Notes: generated by a model not told the origin, from the sequence alone. DNA of 64,000 nucleotides from Planctomycetota bacterium (GCA_046290465.1 JBKAGP010000001.1:4352001-4416000), one strand, 5' to 3'; numbered from the stretch's first letter, positions 29,942 through 41,660 are shown. A program made the numbers and translations.

Positions 29942-31552
29942 ATGACCCCGCGCCTACCGACCCTCACCGCCCTCCTCGCGATCGCCGTCTGCAGCTCGAT
30001 GCAGCGCGAAGAACGTGCCGCCGACCCGCACCGCGAGCCGCTGTTCACCACGTCGGACGCATGCGCGGTGTGCCACATCGCGGCGCCGGGCGCGACCGCG
30101 ATGAAGACCAAGGACGACGAGGACGTGTCGCCGTACTACACGTGGCAGGCGACGATGATGGCAAACTCGTTCCGCGACCCCTATTTCCGCGCCCAGCTGC
30201 AGAAGGAGACGGCGGCCGCCGGCGAGCAGGTGCAGGAGCTGTGCCTGCGCTGCCACACGCCGATGGTGCACCACCAGCACGTGCACGACGGCAAGGCGCC
30301 GCCGCGGCTGGCGCAGGCGGTCGACGAGCTCGAGGCCGATGACGGCGTGTCGTGCACGGTCTGCCACACGATCTCGCCCGAGGGTCTCGGTGAGGCGCGC
30401 ACCTTCTCCGGCAGGCCGAAGTTCAACGAGGAGCGGTTGATCTACGGACCGTTCGACGACGTCGAGACGCGGCCGATGCGAGGCCAGGTGCGCTATACGC
30501 CGACCAAGGGCGAGCACATCCGCAGCGCCGGGCTGTGCGCGTCGTGCCACACGCTCTACACCGAGCACCACGGCACGCCGTTCCCGGAGCAGACGCCGTA
30601 CCTCGAGTGGCGCAACAGCGTGTTCAACGACGAGGTCGAAGGGGCCGACCCGAAGCAGACGCGCACCTGCCAGCAGTGCCACATGGCGAAGCTGCCGAAG
30701 ACCCGCATCGCGCGCACGCCGATGGGCTTCGATTTCCGGATCCCGGAGCGTGAGGGCTACCGCTCGCACGCGTTCGTCGGCGGCAACGCGTTCATGCTCG
30801 ACATCCTGCGCGAGCACAGCGACGACCTCTACGTCGAGGCCGAGGCGTCGCAGCTGCGCGCGATGGCTGCGGCGACGCGCGAGCAGCTGGCGAAGCGGAC
30901 CGCCCGGCTGACCCTCGGCGACGTCGCGCTGGTCGACGGCGAACTGCGCTTCGACGTGGCGATCGAGAACCTGACGGGCCACAAGTTCCCGACTGGCTAT
31001 CCGGCGCGGCGCGCGTGGCTGCGGATCGAGGCGCTGGTCGGCGGCGAGGTCGTGTTCGCGAGCGGCGCCTGTGACGAGCAGGGGCGCATCGTCGGCGTCG
31101 CGGACGAGCTGCGCATGCCGCACCCGAGCACGATCACCGAGCCGTCCGATGTGCTGGTGTTCGAGATGGTGGCCAACGGTCCCGACGGCGAGCCGACGAC
31201 GTTTTTGACCAAGATGGTCGACCGCCGCAAGGACACCCGCCTGCTGCCGCGCGGCTTCCGTCTGGACGGCCCGCTGGCCAACGACATCGCCCCGGTCGGC
31301 ATCGGCGACGACGCGGACTTCGTCGGTGGCGGCGACCGGGTGGCCTGCCGGATCCCGGTCGGGGCGGACGCCGCGGGTCGCTGGGAGGTGCGCGCCACGG
31401 TGCTCTACCAGACGGTGCCGCCGGTCTGGGTCGACGCGCTGCGAACGGTCGATGCCGAGGAGGCCCGGCGGTTCGTCGGCTACTACGACGCGGCGAGCAA
31501 GCAGCCCGAGGTCGTCGCCGAAGCGCGCAAGGTCGCCGCCGGAGGGCGGTAA
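29942..31552 (+). CDS. exported pentaheme c-type cytochrome
   Basis: CAVCH, CLRCH, CTVCH, CASCH, CQQCH; WQATMMANSFRDP; NLTGHKFPTGYPARRAW; possible lipobox IAVC. Confidence 0.9.
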   Translation: MTPRLPTLTALLAIAVCSSMQREERAADPHREPLFTTSDACAVCHIAAPGATAMKTKDDEDVSPYYTWQATMMANSFRDPYFRAQLQKETAAAGEQVQELCLRCHTPMVHHQHVHDGKAPPRLAQAVDELEADDGVSCTVCHTISPEGLGEARTFSGRPKFNEERLIYGPFDDVETRPMRGQVRYTPTKGEHIRSAGLCASCHTLYTEHHGTPFPEQTPYLEWRNSVFNDEVEGADPKQTRTCQQCHMAKLPKTRIARTPMGFDFRIPEREGYRSHAFVGGNAFMLDILREHSDDLYVEAEASQLRAMAAATREQLAKRTARLTLGDVALVDGELRFDVAIENLTGHKFPTGYPARRAWLRIEALVGGEVVFASGACDEQGRIVGVADELRMPHPSTITEPSDVLVFEMVANGPDGEPTTFLTKMVDRRKDTRLLPRGFRLDGPLANDIAPVGIGDDADFVGGGDRVACRIPVGADAAGRWEVRATVLYQTVPPVWVDALRTVDAEEARRFVGYYDAASKQPEVVAEARKVAAGGR

Positions 31553-31725
31553 CCGCCCGGTCGGGTCTCCTTTTTGTCGCGCTGGACTGCGGTCGGCCGT
31601 TGCGGCCACGCCTCCGCGTCCACGACGCGGTGCGCCGCAACTCTGTCTGGCCTTGCCGGCGCCTGCTGGCGAGGTATCTTCCTCAGCCTCTCTCCCCAGC
31701 GACCTTGGCCCTGAAGCCCCCATCC

Positions 31726-32940
31726 ATGCGAAACCTCTGGATCTCGTCCCTCGCCGGCGTGCTCCTGTCCGGTGCGATCGTTGCCCAGAACGCGGTCGGC
31801 CTTGCCGATGTCGCCTGGCCCAACCCGGTCGCGGCCGGCACGCCGACGCTCAGCGCGCGCATCCACTATCCGGCGCAGGATCCTGGCTTCGGCGCACGCA
31901 TGCTCAGCGTGCCGTCGCCGGACGGCTTCCCGGTCGTGGTGTTCCTGCACGGCTACGGCCAGCTCGGCAACGACTACGCGCAGATCGGCGACTCGCTCGC
32001 GCAGGAAGGCTTCATCGCGGTCATGATCAACACCGCGATGCACAGCTACCAGACGCTGGAGCAGGACGCGCGCGGCATGTTCCCGGCGCTCGTTGCGGCC
32101 AACACGGCGCTGGGCAGCCAGTTCCGCGGCAAGCTCAACATGGAGCAGGTCGGTCTGCTCGGCCACTCGATGGGCGGCGCGGTGATCGCCTACGTGCTCG
32201 ACTACGACGTCGCGTCGCCGGTCAGCAACCCCGGCTACACGTGTGGCCTCGCGCTCGCGCCGGTCAACCCGGCGATCGCGGTCAGCGGCACGCAGATCCG
32301 CGTTCCGCTCGGCATCGTGTCGGGACAGGCCGACCCGCTGACGCCGCCGAGCACGCACGCGGAGCCCTACTACCAGTCGGTGACCCCGCTGAGCGGCCTC
32401 AAGTTCCACTACCAGATGGGGCCGACCTGCGACCACATGAACATCGTCGGCCTGCTGCCGCACAACCCGACGGTGTTCGAGCGCACGCAGGCGATCATCC
32501 GAGGCTTCTACGGCCAGTTCCTGTCGGGTTCGTTGACCGGACTCGAGAGCGTGCTGGGCGTCGACGGGGAGTCGGATCCGAACCTCGCCCAGCTGGACGT
32601 GCAGACCTCGATCCCGCAGGCGTGGTCGGACGGCACGCTGCGCATCGGCCAGGTGACGCGCGTGTCGGTCGCCCTCGAGGGCGGCTGGGGCGGCCTGCTC
32701 GCGGCCAACTCGACGACGATGCAGCCGACGACGACGCTGGTCGGCACGCTGCTGATCGACCCCAACACGGCGTTCACGCTCGCCGAAGGGCCGGTGGCCA
32801 CGCAGCGCCTCGACGTCGACATCCTGGTGCCCAACCTGATGGCGCTGGTCGGCTCGACGTTCGCCGTGCAGGGCGGTGGCGCGACCATCAACGACCCGTT
32901 CCTGCTCGGTTCGGCGCTCGGCTTCGAGATCGGCCTCTAG
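31726..32940 (+). CDS. exported alpha/beta hydrolase (chlorophyllase/dienelactone hydrolase-like) with shared C-terminal domain
   Basis: FPVVVFLHG, GHSMGG nucleophile elbow, GQADP, DHMN; signal peptide ending IVA-Q. Confidence 0.85.
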   Translation: MRNLWISSLAGVLLSGAIVAQNAVGLADVAWPNPVAAGTPTLSARIHYPAQDPGFGARMLSVPSPDGFPVVVFLHGYGQLGNDYAQIGDSLAQEGFIAVMINTAMHSYQTLEQDARGMFPALVAANTALGSQFRGKLNMEQVGLLGHSMGGAVIAYVLDYDVASPVSNPGYTCGLALAPVNPAIAVSGTQIRVPLGIVSGQADPLTPPSTHAEPYYQSVTPLSGLKFHYQMGPTCDHMNIVGLLPHNPTVFERTQAIIRGFYGQFLSGSLTGLESVLGVDGESDPNLAQLDVQTSIPQAWSDGTLRIGQVTRVSVALEGGWGGLLAANSTTMQPTTTLVGTLLIDPNTAFTLAEGPVATQRLDVDILVPNLMALVGSTFAVQGGGATINDPFLLGSALGFEIGL

Positions 32941-32963
32941 AGACCGACTTTCCGGCCGGTCCT

Positions 32964-33967
32964 CTAGTCGATCGCGATCAGCGACGAGGCGAACAGCGAC
33001 GCCTTGTCGCGCACGCCGCGCCAGCCCTCCTGCAGCACGCAGTGGCCGACCGGCGCGCGCAGCGAGGCGCCGGGCCCCGCGCACAGCAGCACGTCCGGCT
33101 GGAACTCGCGCATCGCGGTGCGCACGCACGCGGAGAAGTCGAACGTCTCGACGACCTGTTCGTGCACCGTGTAGCGCAGCAGTTCGCGCGGGTCGGACGA
33201 CCACGGCGAGTGCACGTTGCCGAAGCCGTCGATCAGGTGGCACCGAGGCGATCGGATCGGCAGGTCGACCAGCAGCTGCGCCGCCTGCTTGGCCGTCTCG
33301 AGGCACATGCGCGTGTGGAACGGGCCGTGCCCCGCGAGCCGGAACGGGAACTCGCGTTCGCCGACCTGCACCTTGGGCAGGTTGACGAGCAGTTCGCGCA
33401 CGGCCGACTCGGCGCCGGCGAGCACCTCGTGCCCGCCGAGGTGGATGCTGTAGTCGCAGAAGAACTCGTGGCCGCGGTCGCGCAGTCCCTGCAGCGTCGC
33501 GTCGACCGCGACCCGCAGCGTCATGTTGGGTTGCCAGTCCTCGCCGACCGTCGTCATCAGGACCTGGCCGCCCTTCACCTGCTTCTGCAGCGAGGCCATC
33601 GTGGTGACCAGCCGCCAGCCGCTGGTCGGGTCGAGTGCGCCGCTGGCGGGCAGCGCGGTGTACCAGCCGAGGGAGTTGCCGGCGACGGCGACGATGTCGT
33701 AGCGCTCGCGCAGCTGCTCGACGTGCGCCATCGTGCCGAAGTAGATCAGCTCGGCCGCGTTCTCGCCGTCGAGGTGCTGGCTCGGCCGGAACTTCTCAGC
33801 GCCGTCGACCTCGGTCAACGTCGGTCGACCCTGCTCGCGGCGGGCGCGATCGGACGCGGCCAGCGCGTCGGCGACCGGGCCCGGACGCAGCGTGCGGCCG
33901 ACGAAGCCGAGCTCGTCCTTGGTGTAGGAGCCGCGGCCGGGACAGAACAGCACGGCGGTGGGCTTGC

Positions 33968-33971
<4 letters not shown>
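32964..33971 (-). CDS. FabD-like acyltransferase, atypical
   Basis: LFCPGRGS, AGNSLGWY (Ser), HGPFHT (His), LCAGPG; ATGA overlap with upstream E1 gene. Confidence 0.85.
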
Positions 33972-36253
<2,282 letters not shown>

Positions 36254-36302
36254 CGGGAGCAGGATCTTACGCACCACACCCCCGAACACCATCCACCGCC
36301 GG

Positions 36303-36354
36303 ACACCGCATACCGCGGCGCAGGATGAACCCGGTTCGGTATGCGGTGTTGGTC
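36303..36354. repeat. REP-like element, family B (hairpin with internal deletion)
   Basis: ACACCGCATACCG joined to CGGCGCAGGATGAACCCGGTTCGGTATGCGGTGT; same sequence as the 38594 hairpin minus the inner left arm and loop. Confidence 0.85.
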
Positions 36355-37999
36355 AGTCGGGGACGATCTCGCGGACGGCGCCGGCGTCGACCTCGAGCCT
36401 GCGGGTCAGGCGCACGTTGTCGAGCATGCGGCGGTCGTGGGTGACCAGCAGGATCGTGCCGTCGAACGTCTCGAGAGCCTGTTCGAGCTGCTCGATCGCT
36501 TCGAGGTCGAGGTGGTTGGTCGGTTCGTCGAGCACCAGCAGGTTGACGCCCCTGGCCTGCAGCAGCGCCATCGCGACGCGGGTTCGTTCGCCCGGCGAGA
36601 GCGACGCGGCCGAACGCTCGAGCAGCGCCGTGCCGATGCCGAACTTGGCCAGCAGCGTGCGCACGTCGGCGGTGCTCCAGTCGGGCAGGATCGCGCCGAA
36701 CACCTCGAGCACCGGCGCGTCGGCGACGAACGCGGCGCGCGCCTGGTCGATCTCGCCGACCATCACGCCGGTGCCGAGCGACGCGGAGCCTTCGCTCGGC
36801 GCCAGCTTGCCGAGCAGCAGCGCCAGCAGCGTGCTCTTGCCGCCGCCGTTGGGGCCGGTGATCGCGACGCGATCGCGGTAGAAGACCTGCAGGTCGACCG
36901 GTCCGAGTTCGAACTCGCCGCGGCGTGCGCGCGCGGCCATCAGCGTCGCGACCCGTTCGCCCGGCCGACCCGCTGCCATGATCGAGAACTGCAGCCGCCA
37001 CTCCTTGCGCGGTGCGTCGACCTCGCCGAGCCGTTCGATCATGCGTTCGGTCTGCTTGATCTTGGCTGCCTGCTTCTCGGTCGATTCGACGCGGAACGCG
37101 CGGCCGATCTTGTCGCGGTCCCGCGCCTTGCGCCGCGCGTTCTTGACGCCCTTCTGCATCCACGCGCGCTGTCGCCGCGCACGCGCCTCGAGTTCGCCGC
37201 GGCGGCTCGCGTAGTCGTCGTAGGCCTCCTGCGCGTGGCGGCGCGTGACCGCGCGCTCCTCGAGGTAGGCGTCGAAGCCGCCGCCGTACGACGTGATCCG
37301 CTGCAGGCTGCGATCGATCTCGACGACCTTGCTCACGGTCTGCGACAGGAACTCGCGGTCGTGGCTGACCAACACGGTCGGCGACTGCAGACCGCGAACG
37401 AAGTCTTCGAGCTGGTCGATGCCGTCGATGTCGAGATCGTTGGTCGGCTCGTCGAGCAGGTAGGCGTCGTAGCGCGACAGCAGCAGCGCGGCGAGGCCGG
37501 CGCGCGCCGCCTGGCCGCCCGACAGCGCGGCCATGTCGAGGTCGAGATCGACGTCCAGTCCGAGCTCGTCGACGACGGCGCTGGTGCGTTCTTCGAAGTC
37601 GGCGCCGCCGAGCGCCAGCCAGCGTTCGAGTGCCTCGGCGTAGCGATCGTCGGCCCCGTCGGCGCCCTGGCCGAGTTCGTCGGCGGTGCGCTGCATCTCG
37701 GTATCGGCGGCTGAGACCCCGGTGCGACGCGCCAGGAACCCGCGCAGGCTCTCGCCCGGCAGCCGTTCTTGTTCTTGCGTCAGGTAACCGATCGTGCCGG
37801 TGTTGGGCGTGACCACGACCTCGCCGGCGTCGGCCGCTCGCAGCCCGGCCAGGATCCGCAGCAGCGTCGATTTGCCAGCCCCGTTGGGGCCGATCAGGCC
37901 GACGACGTCGCCGGGCGCGACGACGAGGTCGAGACCGCGGAACAGCTCGCGGCTGCCGTAGGAGGCGGCGACGCCGCGGGCGTGCAGGGTGACCGGCAT
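36353..37999 (-). CDS. ABC-F family ATP-binding protein
   Basis: two NBDs: GPNGAGKST/LSGGQ/LLDEPTNDLD and GPNGGGKST/LSPGE/VLDEPTNHLD; no TM segments. Confidence 0.93.
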   Translation of the reverse strand: MPVTLHARGVAASYGSRELFRGLDLVVAPGDVVGLIGPNGAGKSTLLRILAGLRAADAGEVVVTPNTGTIGYLTQEQERLPGESLRGFLARRTGVSAADTEMQRTADELGQGADGADDRYAEALERWLALGGADFEERTSAVVDELGLDVDLDLDMAALSGGQAARAGLAALLLSRYDAYLLDEPTNDLDIDGIDQLEDFVRGLQSPTVLVSHDREFLSQTVSKVVEIDRSLQRITSYGGGFDAYLEERAVTRRHAQEAYDDYASRRGELEARARRQRAWMQKGVKNARRKARDRDKIGRAFRVESTEKQAAKIKQTERMIERLGEVDAPRKEWRLQFSIMAAGRPGERVATLMAARARRGEFELGPVDLQVFYRDRVAITGPNGGGKSTLLALLLGKLAPSEGSASLGTGVMVGEIDQARAAFVADAPVLEVFGAILPDWSTADVRTLLAKFGIGTALLERSAASLSPGERTRVAMALLQARGVNLLVLDEPTNHLDLEAIEQLEQALETFDGTILLVTHDRRMLDNVRLTRRLEVDAGAVREIVPD

Positions 38000-38071
38000 G
38001 GGCAGGAACCTAGCAGCGGGTCGGCGCCATGGACACGGGTGTTGCGACGGCGTTTCGGACAAGCTCTCGGC

Positions 38072-38374
38072 ATGAGCCTCGACGCGCGCATGCAGCAGTT
38101 CTTCGACAGCCTCGGTGACGATCGGGCGGCGGGAGATCTCGACGGCCCGCTGCTGGGCTGTTGGCACGCGCTGCGCGGCGAATGGGATGCTGCGCACGAC
38201 GCGGTGCAGGGGGATTCGGAGGCCGACTCCTGGGTGCATGCCGTGCTGCACCGCGAGGAGGGCGACCTGGCCAACGCCGGCTACTGGTATCGGCGCGCGG
38301 GCCGGGCGCAGGGCGAAGGGCCGGTGCGTCGCGAGTATCTGGCGATCGCGGCCGAGCTGCTGCGCGGGGCGTGA
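38072..38374 (+). CDS. conserved hypothetical helical protein
   Basis: WDAAHDAVQ...WVHAVLHREEGDLANAGYWYRRAGR, a pattern typical of a widespread small uncharacterised family. Confidence 0.82.
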   Translation: MSLDARMQQFFDSLGDDRAAGDLDGPLLGCWHALRGEWDAAHDAVQGDSEADSWVHAVLHREEGDLANAGYWYRRAGRAQGEGPVRREYLAIAAELLRGA

Positions 38375-38399
38375 GCTGGCGGGATAGCATGCGGAGACC

Positions 38400-38537
38400 A
38401 TGCCAGGCCTCCGCGTCGTCCCGTTCGCTCTCGTCCTCGCCGGCGCTGCCGCCGCGCAGTGTGAGCTCGGCGCACAGGGCGTCTGCATCGGCATCACGTC
38501 GAGCAACGCGCTGCAGTTGACGTTCGGCGCGCTCTAG
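38400..38537 (+). CDS. 45-aa mini-protein: signal peptide plus terminal motif of the shared C-terminal domain
   Basis: hand translation MPGLRVVPFALVLAGAAAAQCELGAQGVCIGITSSNALQLTFGAL; TAGCAT at 38385, GGAG at 38393; below ORF-track cutoff. Confidence 0.6.
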   Translation: MPGLRVVPFALVLAGAAAAQCELGAQGVCIGITSSNALQLTFGAL

Positions 38538-38587
38538 CACGAAGCCCGCAGGCGCGGGACCCGGACCGACCCCGAACCAGGAACCCG

Positions 38588-38672
38588 GACCAAACACCGC
38601 ATACCGAACCGGGTTCATCCTGCGCCGTGAAACGGCGCAGGATGAACCCGGTTCGGTATGCGGTGTCTGGTC
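38588..38672. repeat. REPIN-like perfect hairpin, family B
   Basis: 35-bp perfect inverted repeat 38594-38628 / 38632-38666 with GAA loop, extendable by 6 bp with one mismatch. Confidence 0.92.
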
Positions 38673-38702
38673 GAGGTCGTCGCTGTTCGGCAGGAGTGGC
38701 GA

Positions 38703-39230
38703 TCAGTTCGGTGCCACGAGTCCGTAGCGCTCGACCAGCACCGAGTAGTGGTGCAGGTCGTGGCCGAGCACGATCCACGGCAGCGACGCGACCGTGACCG
38801 GGGCGCCGTTGGCGCGGCCCTTCTGGCCCCAGGCTTCGGTGCCGAAGCCGCCGAACAGCGTCACGGTCGCGGCTCGGACCGACTCGTATTCGTCGACGAT
38901 GCTCGCCAGCGTGCGCGACGCGCTGCCGTCGTTCTGCGCGTAGGCGTTCTCGTCGAAGGCGGGCAGTTCCTGGTCGTCGCCGCGGGCGACGCACATCGCT
39001 CGGTAGCAGAACATGCGTTCGCCGTCGGCGATGTGCAGCAGCAGGCGCTTCACCGACCACTTGCCGTCGGCGTAGGCGTAGTCGCCCCTGGACTCACCGG
39101 CGCTGCGCACCAGCGCGGCCATCCGGTCACGTTGCGCGACGAGGCCCTGCAGCACGTCGCCGTCGGGGACGCGCGCGACGTAGCCGTCGAAGTAGTCGGA
39201 GTAGTCACCGGGTCGTGGGCGCGGGATCAT
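38703..39230 (-). CDS. DinB family protein
   Basis: YAYADGKWSVKRLLLHIADGER, LPAFDENAY, GHDLHH. Confidence 0.9.
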   Translation of the reverse strand: MIPRPRPGDYSDYFDGYVARVPDGDVLQGLVAQRDRMAALVRSAGESRGDYAYADGKWSVKRLLLHIADGERMFCYRAMCVARGDDQELPAFDENAYAQNDGSASRTLASIVDEYESVRAATVTLFGGFGTEAWGQKGRANGAPVTVASLPWIVLGHDLHHYSVLVERYGLVAPN

Positions 39231-39255
39231 GCGCGCAGCATCGCCGAAACGCGGC

Positions 39256-40029
39256 TCATTGCCGAGAGGCAGGATCCTGGTGGTAGTAGTCGCGCAGCAC
39301 GGCGTAGAGCGCCGGGTGCTTCTGCTGCAGCTGCTGGCTCTTCTCGAAGAAGCACTCGGTCGCGACCGCGAAGAACTCGGCCGAGTTGGTCGCGCCGTAG
39401 GTGTCCAGCACCGTCGCGCGGCCGTGTTGCGCGGCGTCGCGCAAGGCGGTGAACTCGCGCGTCATCGTCTCGACCCAGCGTTGGAACAGTTCCTTGTCGG
39501 CGATCGGCGGCGTGCCGTCGGCGGCGCCGTCCAGCATGTCGAGCTTGTGCGCAAACTCGTGGAACACCAGGTTGTGGCCGTCCTTGGGATCCTGTGCGCC
39601 GCGCCGGGCGTCGTCCCACGACAGGATCACCGGCCCGCGCTGCCAGGCCTCCCCGAGGTTGGCCTGGCCCTCGCGGACCAGCCCGTCGGCGCCGTGCGAC
39701 GGCATCGTCTTGTAGGCCGCGGGGTAGACCAGGATCGAGGTCACGTAGCGGTAGTACTCGTGCTCGATGTTGAGCAGCAGCAGGCTCGCCTGCGCGGCGA
39801 TCGACACGCGGATCTCGTCGGTCAGCTCGAGACCGCCGCAGCCTTCCCAGTTCTTCTCGGCGACGAGCACGCGCAGGTCGTCGCGGATGCGCTGCTGGCC
39901 GCGTTCGTCGAGCGAACGGTAGAACGGCAGCCGTTCCACCGTCGGCAGCCACTCCGCGGGGAACGGTTCTGCGAGTAGGTTTGCGCGTCGGGCATGGCGG
40001 ATCGGTCGCAGCAACCAGTCGAACAGCAT
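39256..40029 (-). CDS. M90 (MtfA-like) zinc-dependent peptidase
   Basis: ILVYP, GEAW, DGHNLVFHEFAHKLD (HExxH), YGATNSAEFFAVATECFFE. Confidence 0.92.
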   Translation of the reverse strand: MLFDWLLRPIRHARRANLLAEPFPAEWLPTVERLPFYRSLDERGQQRIRDDLRVLVAEKNWEGCGGLELTDEIRVSIAAQASLLLLNIEHEYYRYVTSILVYPAAYKTMPSHGADGLVREGQANLGEAWQRGPVILSWDDARRGAQDPKDGHNLVFHEFAHKLDMLDGAADGTPPIADKELFQRWVETMTREFTALRDAAQHGRATVLDTYGATNSAEFFAVATECFFEKSQQLQQKHPALYAVLRDYYHQDPASRQ

Positions 40030-40071
40030 GCAGACTCTTGTCGGGGCTCTTCGGGATCCGATCAAGAGGGC

Positions 40072-40242
40072 ATGCGAGGATGGCGCTGGTTGCCGGTCGG
40101 CATGACGTTCGTCGTGGTGGGGATGGTGTTCGCGTCGCTTGCGGCGTGCGACGATCCTGTGGTCGCCGGGTGCGATGAGCACGAGCGGCGGCGCCGCGAA
40201 GCGCTCCAGCTGCTGCTGCGGTTCCGGGAGCTGCTCCAGTAG
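40072..40242 (+). CDS. possible small lipoprotein or collapsed gene (56 aa)
   Basis: MRGWRWLPVGMTFVVVGMVFASLAAC lipobox followed by a 30-aa charged tail. Confidence 0.35.
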   Translation: MRGWRWLPVGMTFVVVGMVFASLAACDDPVVAGCDEHERRRREALQLLLRFRELLQ

Positions 40243-40328
40243 GACGTGGGTCCGTCAGGTCTGGTCGCGGTACCAATCCAACGGATGGCGGCGTTGCATC
40301 CGTGGGGGTGCGTGGATTCGATGGAGGG

Positions 40329-41573
40329 GTGTCCGAACTCGCGCCCGAGCCGCAGCCGCATCCGCGTGATCTTGCGACCGAGCTGCGCGCGTTCGACGCG
40401 TTCGGTGGCAAGACGGTCGAGGGCCAGCTCGAGGTCGAAGGGCACCGCGTGCCGACGTTCACCAACGAGTTCTGGACCAAGGCGCAGCGTGAGGGCAACA
40501 GCCTGCACGAGATCAGCTACCGGGCCTGCTTCAAGCCGTCGCTGCCGGCGTTCTTCCTAGAACGGTTGAGTCGGCCGGGCGACCTGGTGCTCGATCCGTT
40601 CATGGGGCGTGGCACGACGCCGCTCGAAGCCTGCCTGCGCGGCCGCGTGCCGTGTGGCAACGACGTCAATCCGCTGTCGGCGATGCTGCTGCGGCCGCGG
40701 CTGTGTCCGCCGACGCTCGCCGATGTGTCGCGGCGCATCGATGAACTCGACCTGTCGTGGGACGGCGAGCTCGACGACGACCTGCTGGTGTTCTTCCACC
40801 CGACGACGCTGCGCGCGATCTGTGCGCTGCGCGACCATTTCCTGCAGCGCGACGAGGACGGCGAGCTCGACGGCGTCGACGAGTGGCTGCGCATGGTCGC
40901 GGTCAATCGGCTGACCGGCCACTCGAGCGGCTTCTTCTCGGTCTACACGCTGCCGCCCAACCAGGCGACGACGGTGGCCGCGCAGCGCAAGATCAACCAG
41001 AAGCGCGACCAGGCGCCCGAAGAGCGCGATGTGCGCGCGATCCTGCTCAAGAAGTCGCGCACGCTGCTCGCCGACACCGAGACGCTGTGGCGCAGCCAGA
41101 GCCGCGTGCTCGCCGGCATGTCGGTGCTGATGACGGGCCCGGCTTCGGCGATGCAGCGCATGCCGAGCAGCAGCGTGCAACTGGTGGTCACGTCGCCGCC
41201 GTTCCTCGACGTCGTGCAGTACGCCGACGACAACTGGCTGCGCTGCTGGTTCTGCGGCATCGACGCCAAGTCCGTGCCGATCACGATGGCGCGCAACGTC
41301 GAGGCGTGGCGTGAGGCGATGCACGAGGTGTTCGTGGAGCTGCACCGCGTGGTGCGGCCGGGCGGCTACGTCGCGTTCGAGGTTGGCGAGGTCCGCCGCG
41401 GCAAGATCCGCCTCGAGGAGCACGTCGTGCCGGTCGCGGCCGCTGCCGGCTTTGCGCCAGAGCTGGTGATGCTGCACACGCAGGACTTCACCAAGACGGC
41501 CAACTGTTGGGGCGTCGACAACAACAAGATGGGCACCAACACCAACCGCGTGGTGGTGCTGCGGCGGCCGTAG
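40329..41573 (+). CDS. orphan amino (N4-C/N6-A) DNA methyltransferase
   Basis: VLDPFMGRGTT (motif I) precedes VTSPPF (motif IV); no endonuclease adjacent; start uncertain (40302-40329). Confidence 0.87.
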   Translation: MSELAPEPQPHPRDLATELRAFDAFGGKTVEGQLEVEGHRVPTFTNEFWTKAQREGNSLHEISYRACFKPSLPAFFLERLSRPGDLVLDPFMGRGTTPLEACLRGRVPCGNDVNPLSAMLLRPRLCPPTLADVSRRIDELDLSWDGELDDDLLVFFHPTTLRAICALRDHFLQRDEDGELDGVDEWLRMVAVNRLTGHSSGFFSVYTLPPNQATTVAAQRKINQKRDQAPEERDVRAILLKKSRTLLADTETLWRSQSRVLAGMSVLMTGPASAMQRMPSSSVQLVVTSPPFLDVVQYADDNWLRCWFCGIDAKSVPITMARNVEAWREAMHEVFVELHRVVRPGGYVAFEVGEVRRGKIRLEEHVVPVAAAAGFAPELVMLHTQDFTKTANCWGVDNNKMGTNTNRVVVLRRP

Positions 41574-41660
41574 CGGCACCCAGGGACCTCGAATCTCGCA
41601 GGCATCATGCACTCACCCGGCCGAAGGCGTCGTGCGCGTCGTCAGGCATGACGCAGCGCC

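Noticed and set aside
18165..31552. Anammox/HAO-type octaheme enzymes
   Set aside because: Only five CxxCH motifs each and no associated pathway genes.
31543..31576. Intrinsic terminator after the cytochrome gene
   Set aside because: The GGGCGGT/ACCGCCC stem is separated from the T-run by about 13 nt, so the geometry is unconvincing.
31726..32940. PET hydrolase
   Set aside because: GHSMGG is shared by many alpha/beta hydrolases and no specific evidence is visible.
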